From Desulfuromonadales bacterium (GTDB lineage: Bacteria > Desulfobacterota > Desulfuromonadia > Desulfuromonadales > SZUA-540), in NCBI GenBank assembly GCA_033549025.1, contig JAWSUS010000007.1, positions 32,001 to 96,000 on the forward strand: 64,000 nt of DNA. The letters are read 5' to 3'. The notes beneath the pieces were generated by a model. That model was given only the letters and a program-made list of their open reading frames with translations, was not told the origin of the DNA and searched no databases. This document shows, piece after piece, positions 18,854 through 26,587 of this stretch; positions within the stretch are counted from its first letter, which is position 1; every line of letters begins with the position of its first letter. Made by a program: the position numbers and the translations under genes.

Positions 18854-19015
18854 ATGAGAACCGAGAATCTTATCACTGATCCGATCAAAGCCACCTACAA
18901 ATATGGCGTCTATAGTGCAATGGGCTTCGTTGGACTCAGTCTTGCGGCCTTTATCGCTTGGTCCTTTACCTGCGCCGGCGGTGCCTTGGTCGAAGTGATT
19001 GGCAAAATGGTGTAG
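18854..19015 (+). CDS. 53-aa single-TM microprotein (member b)
   Basis: GGAGG RBS; MRTENLITDPIKATYKYGVYSAMGFVGLSLAAFIAWSFTCAGGALVEVIGKMV. Confidence 0.85.
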   Translation: MRTENLITDPIKATYKYGVYSAMGFVGLSLAAFIAWSFTCAGGALVEVIGKMV

Positions 19016-19049
19016 CAGATCAAATAAACTTACAGGATAGGAGGCAGCT

Positions 19050-19211
19050 ATGAAAACCGAAAACATTATAAGTGAACCCATCAAAACAACGTATAAGGTT
19101 GGCGTTTACAGTTCTGTGGCCTTTGTAGGTATTTTCCTGGCAGCCTTCATATCCTGGTCTTTCTGCTGTGCGGGCGGCGCTATTATCGAAGGATTGAGCA
19201 AGCTGATTTAA
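19050..19211 (+). CDS. 53-aa single-TM microprotein (member c)
   Basis: AGGAGG RBS; MKTENIISEPIKTTYKVGVYSSVAFVGIFLAAFISWSFCCAGGAIIEGLSKLI; gap-free paralog of b with many synonymous differences. Confidence 0.85.
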   Translation: MKTENIISEPIKTTYKVGVYSSVAFVGIFLAAFISWSFCCAGGAIIEGLSKLI

Positions 19212-19255
19212 GAGGGTAGAAAAAAGTTTAAGAGAACGACAGAAAGGGGGCGGTG

Positions 19256-19414
19256 ATGATGTTGTACACAGGTAATAAACCAATAGGTTTGGGAGCTGGT
19301 ATTGGAATGCTTGCCGCGCTTGTGTTCATAGGGTTTATCACCTCCCTCTTTCTGCTGTGGTCGGTGTCCTGTATTGGTGGGGGCGCAATTGTCCTGGCGG
19401 GTGGATTTTGCTGA
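19256..19414 (+). CDS. 52-aa TM microprotein (member d)
   Basis: AAAGGGGG RBS; MMLYTGNKPIGLGAGIGMLAALVFIGFITSLFLLWSVSCIGGGAIVLAGGFC (53 aa if the GTG at 19253 is used). Confidence 0.7.
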   Translation: MMLYTGNKPIGLGAGIGMLAALVFIGFITSLFLLWSVSCIGGGAIVLAGGFC

Positions 19415-19447
19415 GAATGCTTTAGGGCGTGTAGCGCCAGCGGCGGG

Positions 19448-19570
19448 TGTTGCAAAAAACAAGCAATGCATCAATTGTTGCACTTAAGTGAAACGCTTAA
19501 GTGGCCCATCTGCAAATAAAAACAAGATGGCCAGCCGCGTAGACTCATACGACATGTTGCAAATGTAACG
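19448..19570. promoter_or_regulatory. Putative upstream activator site cluster 2
   Basis: Three TGTTGCA copies including TGTTGCAAATGTAACG; shares GGCGGGTGT(T)GCAA and ATGCATCA..TGTTGCA context with cluster 1. Confidence 0.55.
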
Positions 19571-19663
19571 TCTGAAATTGGCCATATTTAAAGCGTCATA
19601 AGAAACAAGAGTCTAAGTAGCCGAAATCAAATCGGAATAAGAATTGGAAGAAATCTTAACTTA

Positions 19664-19679
19664 TGGCATGACTTTTGGA
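19664..19679 (+). promoter_or_regulatory. sigma54-like -24/-12 promoter (variant -12)
   Basis: TGGCAT-GACTT-TTGGA, similar position relative to the gene as 18226-18241. Confidence 0.6.
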
Positions 19680-19711
19680 GTAGGTGAGAGACGGTAGAAA
19701 AGAGGGGGTCT

Positions 19712-20092
19712 ATGAGAGCTGAAAATAGTGTAACCAAGCCCCTTTCAGGTGTTTATAGACACTTGTTGGAAAAAGACGAGTGCAATCGAATCGCCATCCC
19801 CTACTACGGCGCCATCATGAGGCCGGGGGTAGGTGTCGAGAAGCTTTATTTTATTGCGGATGTTGACAAGAAAAACTCATCTTTGAAGCGCGTGTTTCTG
19901 GAGGTATGGAATTCGAAGATTTCACCAGAACTCCCAAGCTGGTTACGTGATAAGGGTGTGAGTGGGCTGGTCTGCCGGGATGGTTGTCAGAGTTATCTTC
20001 AGCCGATGGAAGCAGCTGGAATCAAAGTGCTGTTGGACAAGGCCCTTGATCTTGCCTGGATTGAAGGTATGGCTACAACATCACGAAGATAG
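19712..20092 (+). CDS. Divergent NifB/NifX-like protein, paralog 2
   Basis: IAIPYYGAIMRPGVGVEKLYFIADV vs IAVPYYGALVRPKSGFESLYLVADV; WLRDKGVSGLVC...AAGIKV. Confidence 0.65.
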   Translation: MRAENSVTKPLSGVYRHLLEKDECNRIAIPYYGAIMRPGVGVEKLYFIADVDKKNSSLKRVFLEVWNSKISPELPSWLRDKGVSGLVCRDGCQSYLQPMEAAGIKVLLDKALDLAWIEGMATTSRR

Positions 20093-20141
20093 AGTGCTGG
20101 TTAACCAAAGATGAATGTTATTGAGCAAGAGGTGGAACGAC

Positions 20142-20573
20142 GTGAGGATCGCCATTACAGCCAGAGGGTCCCACCCTTCCAGTGAAGTTGACGAATGTTT
20201 TGGACGGGCCTATTGGGTTTTGATTTTTGAGACCAAAACCGGAAATTATACGGCAATCAATAATTCAGAAATTCGAAATTCCCAGGAAAATGCGGGAGTC
20301 AAAGCGGCAAAACTGCTTGAGAATAAGAAGGTCGATGTATTGTTGACTGGGGAAACTGGCCCGAAAGCTTTCAGATCCTTGGTCGAAAAGGGAATAAAGG
20401 TGTTCCATGGAGCGTCTGGTTCAGTCGAGGAGGCCTTGAACACCTGGCTCAGAGGGGAGATGAAAGAGGCTGAACACGCCAATAGCCCAGGTAGTCCTTA
20501 TTGCCTGGTTGTTCAATCAAAAACAACGCAGGTCGATGCACCTAAGGTTCTGCTTGACCTGCTGAAGACATAG
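20142..20573 (+). CDS. NifB/NifX-family (Orange-protein-like) metal-cluster-binding protein
   Basis: GAGGTG RBS and GTG start; RIAIT...VDECFGRA, AGVKAAKLL, VDVLLTGETGPKAF..L..KGIKV, GSVEEAL. Confidence 0.85.
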   Translation: MRIAITARGSHPSSEVDECFGRAYWVLIFETKTGNYTAINNSEIRNSQENAGVKAAKLLENKKVDVLLTGETGPKAFRSLVEKGIKVFHGASGSVEEALNTWLRGEMKEAEHANSPGSPYCLVVQSKTTQVDAPKVLLDLLKT

Positions 20574-20622
20574 AAAGGTTTTTCCGCCGCATTCCCAAAA
20601 GGCGGAAACCATGGAGGTGAAT

Positions 20623-20784
20623 ATGAAAAAACACCAAAAATTCTTTAAGGTCCTGAATTCATTTTACAGAATCGGTTTATACAATATTGTCGCGGCCATG
20701 GTTGTGTGGTGCTCGATTTTTGTCATCTGGTCGATTGTCAACTTTGTCGTGACCTCAAAAGTGGGCACGGGTGTTTTTATTTAA
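20623..20784 (+). CDS. 53-aa single-TM microprotein (member e)
   Basis: GGAGGTG RBS; MKKHQKFFKVLNSFYRIGLYNIVAAMVVWCSIFVIWSIVNFVVTSKVGTGVFI; Y15, G18, Y20, W36, S37 in register. Confidence 0.75.
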   Translation: MKKHQKFFKVLNSFYRIGLYNIVAAMVVWCSIFVIWSIVNFVVTSKVGTGVFI

Positions 20785-20810
20785 GTTCATTGAATATTGA
20801 GGTTATTTGA

Positions 20811-20972
20811 ATGAAAACACAGTTCGTTCTTCCCATTGAAATCAGGCACGTTTTTAAAATCGGCCTTTTCATCGTTATATCAATGATTGGGCTTGCCGTG
20901 TCTGTCTTCATTCTTTGGGCGGTTTTTTGTATGGGGAGCGCCTGCATTCAGGTGCTGGCCACTGGCCATTAG
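20811..20972 (+). CDS. 53-aa single-TM microprotein (member f)
   Basis: GAGG RBS; MKTQFVLPIEIRHVFKIGLFIVISMIGLAVSVFILWAVFCMGSACIQVLATGH; G18, G27, F33, W36, C40, G42 in register. Confidence 0.75.
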   Translation: MKTQFVLPIEIRHVFKIGLFIVISMIGLAVSVFILWAVFCMGSACIQVLATGH

Positions 20973-21054
20973 CCGACTGTGCTCTTTGGTAAATAAAGAG
21001 GCTGATCAGGAAATTAGGCAATAGTAAAGAGACCTGGCTTCTCGATTCGATAAG

Positions 21055-21855
21055 TTGATCTCTAAATTTTTTGTGCTAAATGATGAAATGAACCACTTAT
21101 CCGGACCTATAGATTTTTGGACCACGGATTTATTCCAGAGTAATAAATCAGCGGACAGTGTTCCTGGAAACGAATGTCCATGTTGCGGATCCATTAAAAT
21201 TTATGCTCTGGGTGATGGCCGGAAAAAATGTGGGATTTGTGGGAAAAAGTTCAGTCAAACTGCCAGAAAAAGGCGAATTTCCAAGGTTCTGTTAAGGCAG
21301 GTGGTTGAGCAGTTCGTTGCCATGGTGCCGGCAAAGCAGGCCGCTGGAGTTGTTGGGGTAAATCATAAAACGGCCCTAAGGGTTTACAGGGATATACGGA
21401 GGGCTCTGGTCCGAAAAAATCAGCAATTGGCCCTCCGGTATATGGAGGAATGTCAGTCGACGACAGATATTTTCGCCTGTAGCCCTGGAGAGGAGACTCT
21501 TCCGTTATTTGCTGTGGCAATTCAGAACCAGAAAATAGTGCTCTTACCTGCTCGATACCAAGGGTCGTGGATCAAGGTTCATTTCCCTGCTTCGGTAATT
21601 TATGCTGATCGCATGACAGCGATGACCCTTGATTTTGAAAACTTTGATCAAAAAACGCTTGGAAGCCACGCGGCATCATGGCCTGTAAAACCCTGGTTTT
21701 TTTGGCCTTATGCCAAGGAGCAATTCAAGATTTATCACGGCGGAATGAAGGTCAACTTTTGGCTTTTTTTGCACGAAATGGCCTTTCGATTCAATTTTTC
21801 CCTTTCTGGCGATCAAGAGGAGGGCATCATCGATGACCTTGTCGCCTGTTTATAG
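21055..21855 (+). CDS. IS1595-transposase-derived protein (Zn ribbon, HTH, degenerate core)
   Basis: CPCCG...KKCGICGKKFS, GVNHKTALRVYRDIR, FWPYAK..F..YHG....F.LFLHEMAFRFN; no recognisable DE(S/T)Y motif; start uncertain (ATG 21088 possible). Confidence 0.7.
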   Translation: MISKFFVLNDEMNHLSGPIDFWTTDLFQSNKSADSVPGNECPCCGSIKIYALGDGRKKCGICGKKFSQTARKRRISKVLLRQVVEQFVAMVPAKQAAGVVGVNHKTALRVYRDIRRALVRKNQQLALRYMEECQSTTDIFACSPGEETLPLFAVAIQNQKIVLLPARYQGSWIKVHFPASVIYADRMTAMTLDFENFDQKTLGSHAASWPVKPWFFWPYAKEQFKIYHGGMKVNFWLFLHEMAFRFNFSLSGDQEEGIIDDLVACL

Positions 21856-21909
21856 AAAGACCGTTTTAAACGGTCATGTGTTTTTCACTTTTAATGGAGG
21901 AGCGATGAA

Positions 21910-23748
21910 ATGAAGTTCTGCCGAATTCTCACTGTAGTTCTTGGTGTTTGGCTACTGGGTGCTGCTGTTCCTGCCCTGGCCAAAATGGCCCCCGATCCGA
22001 ATGCCTGTCTTCAGTGTCATGAAGATGTGGTATCAGCCGCCGAATTTATGGATTCGGTCCACGGGAAAAATGCCTGTACAAGCTGCCATGTAGAAGTTAC
22101 TGATCTGGATGAGCACTTGGCAGGGAATATTGAAATCAGCCCTGTAAATTGCGCGACCTGTCATTCCAATGAGGATAAAGCCCACGTTGACAGCGTGCAT
22201 GCCGAAAGCGGTATCGGCTGTGTTGAGTGCCACTCGGACATTCATGGCCAGCAAAAAATGGATAGTTCCAAAGTGGCCTTGGTGGAAAAATGCAGTGAGT
22301 GCCACGATGTCGAAAGCTATGTCCAGTCAAGCCATGGTATGGCCATTGCGGCCGGTAAAAATGATTCCGCCGCCTGTAACGATTGTCATGGTGTTCACAA
22401 CATAGCCAGGGTTCCGGACCCGGACACTGCAGAAGGTGGCGCCTTCAAATCAGCACCCTGTATTGCATGCCATGCTGATGAAGAAAAGATGGAGCATGCC
22501 GGGGTCAATGCCCATGCGGTAGAAACTTACCTCGAAAGTTACCATGGAAAGAATTACCGCCTTGGTTTTCCTCAGCAATCCGCCGGCTGCGCCGATTGCC
22601 ACAGTAGTCATGGTGTTCTGCCGCCTAGTCATGCTGAATCAACCATTGGCGAGGCGAAGATCGTCGAAACCTGTGCCACCTGCCATCCTAAAGCCACATC
22701 GCAATTTACCAAATTTTATGCACATGGCGATCATGGCGATCGGGAAAATTACCCGATCATGTATTACACCTTTATCAGTATGACGGGTCTTCTGGTCGGA
22801 ACGTTCGCCGTCTTCTGGATTCACACCCTCCTGTGGATGTTCCGCGGTTTTGTTGAAAACAGACAAAAGGCAGCCGCTCTAGCTGCGGGACACGAAGAAC
22901 ATCATATCTCCGAAGCCCACAAACAATATCGACGGTTTGAAAAACGTCATATTTTCCTGCACCTTACCGTAATAATCAGCTTCCTCGGGCTGTCCCTTAC
23001 CGGTTTGCCTCTGAAATTTGCTGATCAGCCTTGGGCCCAAACCATGATGTCGTTCTTTGGTGGGGTCCATTATGCTGGCCTTATTCATCGAGGGTGCGCG
23101 ATCCTGACCTTCTATTATTTCGTCGGCGCCATCCTGATGAGCATCGACTTCCTGTTTGTTCGCAAGGACATTAAAGCTCATCCCTTTGTCAGGCTGTTCG
23201 GCCCGGACTCTTTGATGCCAAACTTCCGGGATGTCCGCGATGTGACCGCGATGGTGCGCTGGTTCTTTTTCAAAGGGCCCAAGCCGACTTTTGAGCGGTG
23301 GACTTACTGGGAAAAATTCGATTTCCTCGCGGTCTTTTGGGGTATGTTTGCCATCGGCGGTTCCGGTCTGTTGCTGTGGTTTCCGGAAATTTTCGGCACC
23401 TTCCTGCCGGGCTGGATGTTCAACGTGGCGACCATCATACATTCCGATGAAGCGCTGTTGGCCACCGGGTTTATTTTTACTGTTCACTTCTTCAACACCC
23501 ATGGCCGTCCCGAAAAGTTCCCCATGGATTTTGTAATCTTCAATGGGCAAATGTCCAAAGAGGAATTTGTTGAAGAGCGTGGCGATCAATGGAAGCGTTA
23601 CGAAGAGGAAGGTACGACGGAGAATTACGTTGTCACCAAACCCAGCGGGGTGTTGTATGACTTCTTCTTCAAAGGATTTGGTTTCCTCGCCTTCTTCACG
23701 GGAATCACCCTGGCCATCCTGATGCTCTACGCATTTATCAGCGGATAG
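21910..23748 (+). CDS. cbcL: CbcL-type bc cytochrome (nonaheme c domain fused to a b-type membrane domain)
   Basis: Nine CxxCH, then an FdnI/HydC-like TM domain (LHLTV..SF.GL.LTGLPLKF, YWEKFDFLAVFWG, IHSDEALLA..FIFTVHFFNTH). Confidence 0.88.
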   Translation: MKFCRILTVVLGVWLLGAAVPALAKMAPDPNACLQCHEDVVSAAEFMDSVHGKNACTSCHVEVTDLDEHLAGNIEISPVNCATCHSNEDKAHVDSVHAESGIGCVECHSDIHGQQKMDSSKVALVEKCSECHDVESYVQSSHGMAIAAGKNDSAACNDCHGVHNIARVPDPDTAEGGAFKSAPCIACHADEEKMEHAGVNAHAVETYLESYHGKNYRLGFPQQSAGCADCHSSHGVLPPSHAESTIGEAKIVETCATCHPKATSQFTKFYAHGDHGDRENYPIMYYTFISMTGLLVGTFAVFWIHTLLWMFRGFVENRQKAAALAAGHEEHHISEAHKQYRRFEKRHIFLHLTVIISFLGLSLTGLPLKFADQPWAQTMMSFFGGVHYAGLIHRGCAILTFYYFVGAILMSIDFLFVRKDIKAHPFVRLFGPDSLMPNFRDVRDVTAMVRWFFFKGPKPTFERWTYWEKFDFLAVFWGMFAIGGSGLLLWFPEIFGTFLPGWMFNVATIIHSDEALLATGFIFTVHFFNTHGRPEKFPMDFVIFNGQMSKEEFVEERGDQWKRYEEEGTTENYVVTKPSGVLYDFFFKGFGFLAFFTGITLAILMLYAFISG

Positions 23749-23816
23749 TCCGTATCGTTTCGGCATATATAAAAAGGCCCCTGGGGTATCCGGGGGCCTT
23801 AAAGGAGTAGCGAATA

Positions 23817-24047
23817 ATGGCAAATAAACAGGGAATCGGTTTGGCTGTAGTCGCTTTTGCCCTTTATATCATCGGTGGAGTCAGTACTTTCGGTGGGCTC
23901 ATTCTTATGGGAATGATGCGGGACCAAAATGTGCTGGGGTGGGGCGATGGTACCGGTATCGGCAGTCTTTTTCTCGCTGCCGGACTGTGCCTTTCCATTC
24001 TTGGTGTTCTGCTTATGCGACTTTTCCGCAACAGGGGCTTTGCTTGA
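23817..24047 (+). CDS. Small two-TM membrane protein downstream of cbcL
   Basis: AAGGAG RBS, 76 aa, two hydrophobic helices. Confidence 0.7.
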   Translation: MANKQGIGLAVVAFALYIIGGVSTFGGLILMGMMRDQNVLGWGDGTGIGSLFLAAGLCLSILGVLLMRLFRNRGFA

Positions 24048-24050
24048 AAA

Positions 24051-24722
24051 TCAGTATCCTTTGTGGAATAGCCTTTTAAGAGCCGGTGTGACGACTTTCC
24101 GGAGCCACAGCATTAACCAGCCAAGCGGTGTCCCTTTAAGACGTATTTCATCGAGCAGTATTTGTTTTTCCGATAGGGCATGCTGGTCATTAGGGTTGAT
24201 GGCCAGCGCTTTATCGAGGTAGGTTAGGGCTTCCTCCTCCCGACGCAGCCGGGAAAGAGAAACCCCCTTGTTCCGGATGGCATGGGTATTTTCCGGCTCG
24301 ATATCTAAAACGCGATCGAAGCACTGAAGGGCCAGATCGTCCATCATCAGTTTGGATAGGCAGACGCCCTTCTGGCCTAAGGCAGTCACGTTTTTATCGT
24401 TCAGTTGCAGGGCCCTGTCCAGCATGGCAATGGATTCCCTGACGCGCGCCAAAATAGAGAGAACGACCCCGTAATTGGCAAACAGAAAATCCGCTGCCGG
24501 GGCTTTTTCAACGGCCTCCGCCAGCAGTTTCTCGCCCTGCTTTAAATCCCCTTCCAGGCAAAAGGCTTCCCCCTCAAAAAACAGGGCAAATCCTACATCG
24601 CCATTGTCTCGGGCTTCTTTGGCTACCTGCCGAGACAGAGCGATGGCGTCATCAGAACTGGTTTCTTCCAGGTCGGCAATCTGTTGGAATGCCTCAAAGT
24701 ATTTCTGAATGTCCTGAGCCAT
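24051..24722 (-). CDS. TPR-repeat protein
   Basis: Repeated A..xKG.xL..L...A..xD.AL.I.P units; GAAAGG RBS before ATG 24722. Confidence 0.8.
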   Translation of the reverse strand: MAQDIQKYFEAFQQIADLEETSSDDAIALSRQVAKEARDNGDVGFALFFEGEAFCLEGDLKQGEKLLAEAVEKAPAADFLFANYGVVLSILARVRESIAMLDRALQLNDKNVTALGQKGVCLSKLMMDDLALQCFDRVLDIEPENTHAIRNKGVSLSRLRREEEALTYLDKALAINPNDQHALSEKQILLDEIRLKGTPLGWLMLWLRKVVTPALKRLFHKGY

Positions 24723-24792
24723 GGTATGCCTTTCCTTTCGGTAGGTTGGTGGACAAGCTCGATGATAGCAAATCAAGTGTTAGGCTCAAACC

Positions 24793-24827
24793 AAAAAAAG
24801 GGTGCATCCCGAGGAATGCACCCTTTT
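24793..24827 (-). terminator. Terminator after atpE
   Basis: AAAAGGGTGCAT..ATGCACCCTTTT hairpin with a T run on the minus strand. Confidence 0.75.
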
Positions 24828-24849
24828 CTGTCGACCAGTGGAACGAACC

Positions 24850-25116
24850 TTACTTCGCGAGAAGCTGCAGAACGTTTTCGGTGAAGGGGTTGGCGAAGAG
24901 GATGATCATCGCTACAACGAAAACGTAGATAGCGAGGGACTCGATCATCGCCAGACCGATCATCATGGTGGTCAGGATTTTGCCGCTAGCGCCGGGATTG
25001 CGAGCAACACCTTCAACAGCGCTCTTAATAGCGAGACCCTGGCCAAGGCCGGTTCCGAAAGAACCGATAGCCATACCGAAACCTGCAGCGATCATGCACC
25101 AAGCAAAAAATTCCAT
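24850..25116 (-). CDS. atpE: ATP synthase F0 subunit c
   Basis: GLGQG, ARNP loop, IESLAIY. Confidence 0.95.
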   Translation of the reverse strand: MEFFAWCMIAAGFGMAIGSFGTGLGQGLAIKSAVEGVARNPGASGKILTTMMIGLAMIESLAIYVFVVAMIILFANPFTENVLQLLAK

Positions 25117-25189
25117 GTTACTTCTCCTTCTTTTCTGGGTTTATTGTTCCTATATGATATAGGACCTGGGTTTGACAAATATTAAGAAT

Positions 25190-25864
25190 TTAGTGGGCTT
25201 CCTCAAGCGCGCCAGCAATGTAGATCATGGCCAGCAGCGTGAAAACAAAGGCCTGGATAAAGGCGACCAGAACGCCCATCAGCATCATTGGTACGGGGAG
25301 GAGGAAAGGCACAAGAGCCAGGAAAATCATAAGGACGATTTCATGCCCGTACATGTTTCCGAACAGACGCAGAGAAAGGGACAGCGGCCGAGCCAGGTGG
25401 CCGATTATTTCAATGATGAAAATAAGAGGAGCCAGCACAAGAATGGGCCCCATGAAATGCTTTAAATAACTGATGCCATGCTCTTTAAGGCCAATGATAT
25501 GCGTCATGGCGAAGACGGTCAGAGCCAGGGCGCCGTTTGTGTTGAGGTTGGCCGTCGGCGGATAGAAGCCGGGGATGAGAGCGATCAGGTTGGAAACCAG
25601 GATGAACAAAGCAAAAGTGGCGATCAAGGGAAAGTAGGCTTTGCCCTTGGGCCCCATGGTTTCCTCGATCAGGTTTTCTACCCCGGAAACGACGGCTTCC
25701 ATGAAGTTCTGCATCCCTTTGGGGACGATTTGTACGCTACGCGAAGCGAGAAAGGCGACCAGGAGAAGCAGGATCATGACGAACCAGGTGTAGGTCACGT
25801 GTTCACCGATGTGAACGTGAAGTTGCTGTTCAAGCCATTGCAAAAAGAGAAACGGGTGAGTCAT
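25190..25864 (-). CDS. atpB: ATP synthase F0 subunit a
   Basis: [29 protein letters not shown]. Confidence 0.95.
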   Translation of the reverse strand: MTHPFLFLQWLEQQLHVHIGEHVTYTWFVMILLLLVAFLASRSVQIVPKGMQNFMEAVVSGVENLIEETMGPKGKAYFPLIATFALFILVSNLIALIPGFYPPTANLNTNGALALTVFAMTHIIGLKEHGISYLKHFMGPILVLAPLIFIIEIIGHLARPLSLSLRLFGNMYGHEIVLMIFLALVPFLLPVPMMLMGVLVAFIQAFVFTLLAMIYIAGALEEAH

Positions 25865-25884
25865 GACAGTTTATGCCTCCTCGC

Positions 25885-26244
25885 TCAGAAAGAACGTTTC
25901 AGGGTCGTCCAGATAATGTTGATAACCACAACCGACAATCCCAAGGCCAGGCCGACTGGATGTACCTTTAGTACGACAATCAGGACAACCAGGATGGCAG
26001 CTAAGGCTCCCAGCCGAATAAAATAGCTGAGTTTAAAGCCCCTGGCGGATTGTTGCTGTGGATCTCCTATAAGCTTTTTCAGTGAAAAGTGCAGCCAGTG
26101 GTAACCCGTTATGGCTACAAGTCCCCCGGTTAGCACACCGAGAACAAACGGGAGTGATGTGCTGAAACTGCTCAGGGCAACCAGGATTCCGAGAATGAGC
26201 CAGTTGCGGCGGGACAGGTCACGCAGCAGGGTGTCGTCATTCAT
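25885..26244 (-). CDS. atpI: ATP synthase protein I
   Basis: 4-TM small protein immediately upstream of atpB. Confidence 0.75.
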   Translation of the reverse strand: MNDDTLLRDLSRRNWLILGILVALSSFSTSLPFVLGVLTGGLVAITGYHWLHFSLKKLIGDPQQQSARGFKLSYFIRLGALAAILVVLIVVLKVHPVGLALGLSVVVINIIWTTLKRSF

Positions 26245-26491
26245 TTCCGCTGGAGTCCTGATTTTCCTTCTCCTGCCGTTTGAGCTCGCGGTCAGTCAGA
26301 ATGTAGATATTCCGAAAACCCGAGATGATCCCCAGAAGAAGAAATATAAGGGTAAACCAGGGGGAGGTATCAAGCCACCTGTCCAGGTAGTATCCCATGG
26401 CCAGGCCGATAAAGGTGCTGGCAACCATGGATATTCCTACACTCGACAGGAATCCGACGGTCTTGATCAGTTGACGTCTATCTTCAGCCAT
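26237..26491 (-). CDS. atpZ: AtpZ/AtpI-family protein
   Basis: G.AMGYYLDRWLDTSPWFTLIFLLLG..SGF motif. Confidence 0.8.
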   Translation of the reverse strand: MAEDRRQLIKTVGFLSSVGISMVASTFIGLAMGYYLDRWLDTSPWFTLIFLLLGIISGFRNIYILTDRELKRQEKENQDSSGNE

Positions 26492-26587
26492 GAACCCCTT
26501 TTGGGCCTACCACTTACACCGCCCCATAAAAACCAGCCCTTATTAGCACAGGGACTATTTCATGTCAACCACGTTTATGGTGGTTAA

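Noticed and set aside
19412..19520. TGA readthrough (selenocysteine) of microprotein d into a Cys-rich tail (ECFRAC...CCKK)
   Set aside because: Several Cys codons arise from the TGTTGC regulatory repeats, no SECIS-like hairpin is evident, and the stop matches the family length
18659..20972. Microproteins as pilins or double-glycine RiPP precursors
   Set aside because: No class III (G/FxxxE) signal, the GG lies after the TM near the C-terminus, and no peptidase, transporter or modifying enzyme is nearby
21055..21855. Active IS1595 element
   Set aside because: No catalytic motifs, terminal inverted repeats or target duplication recognised
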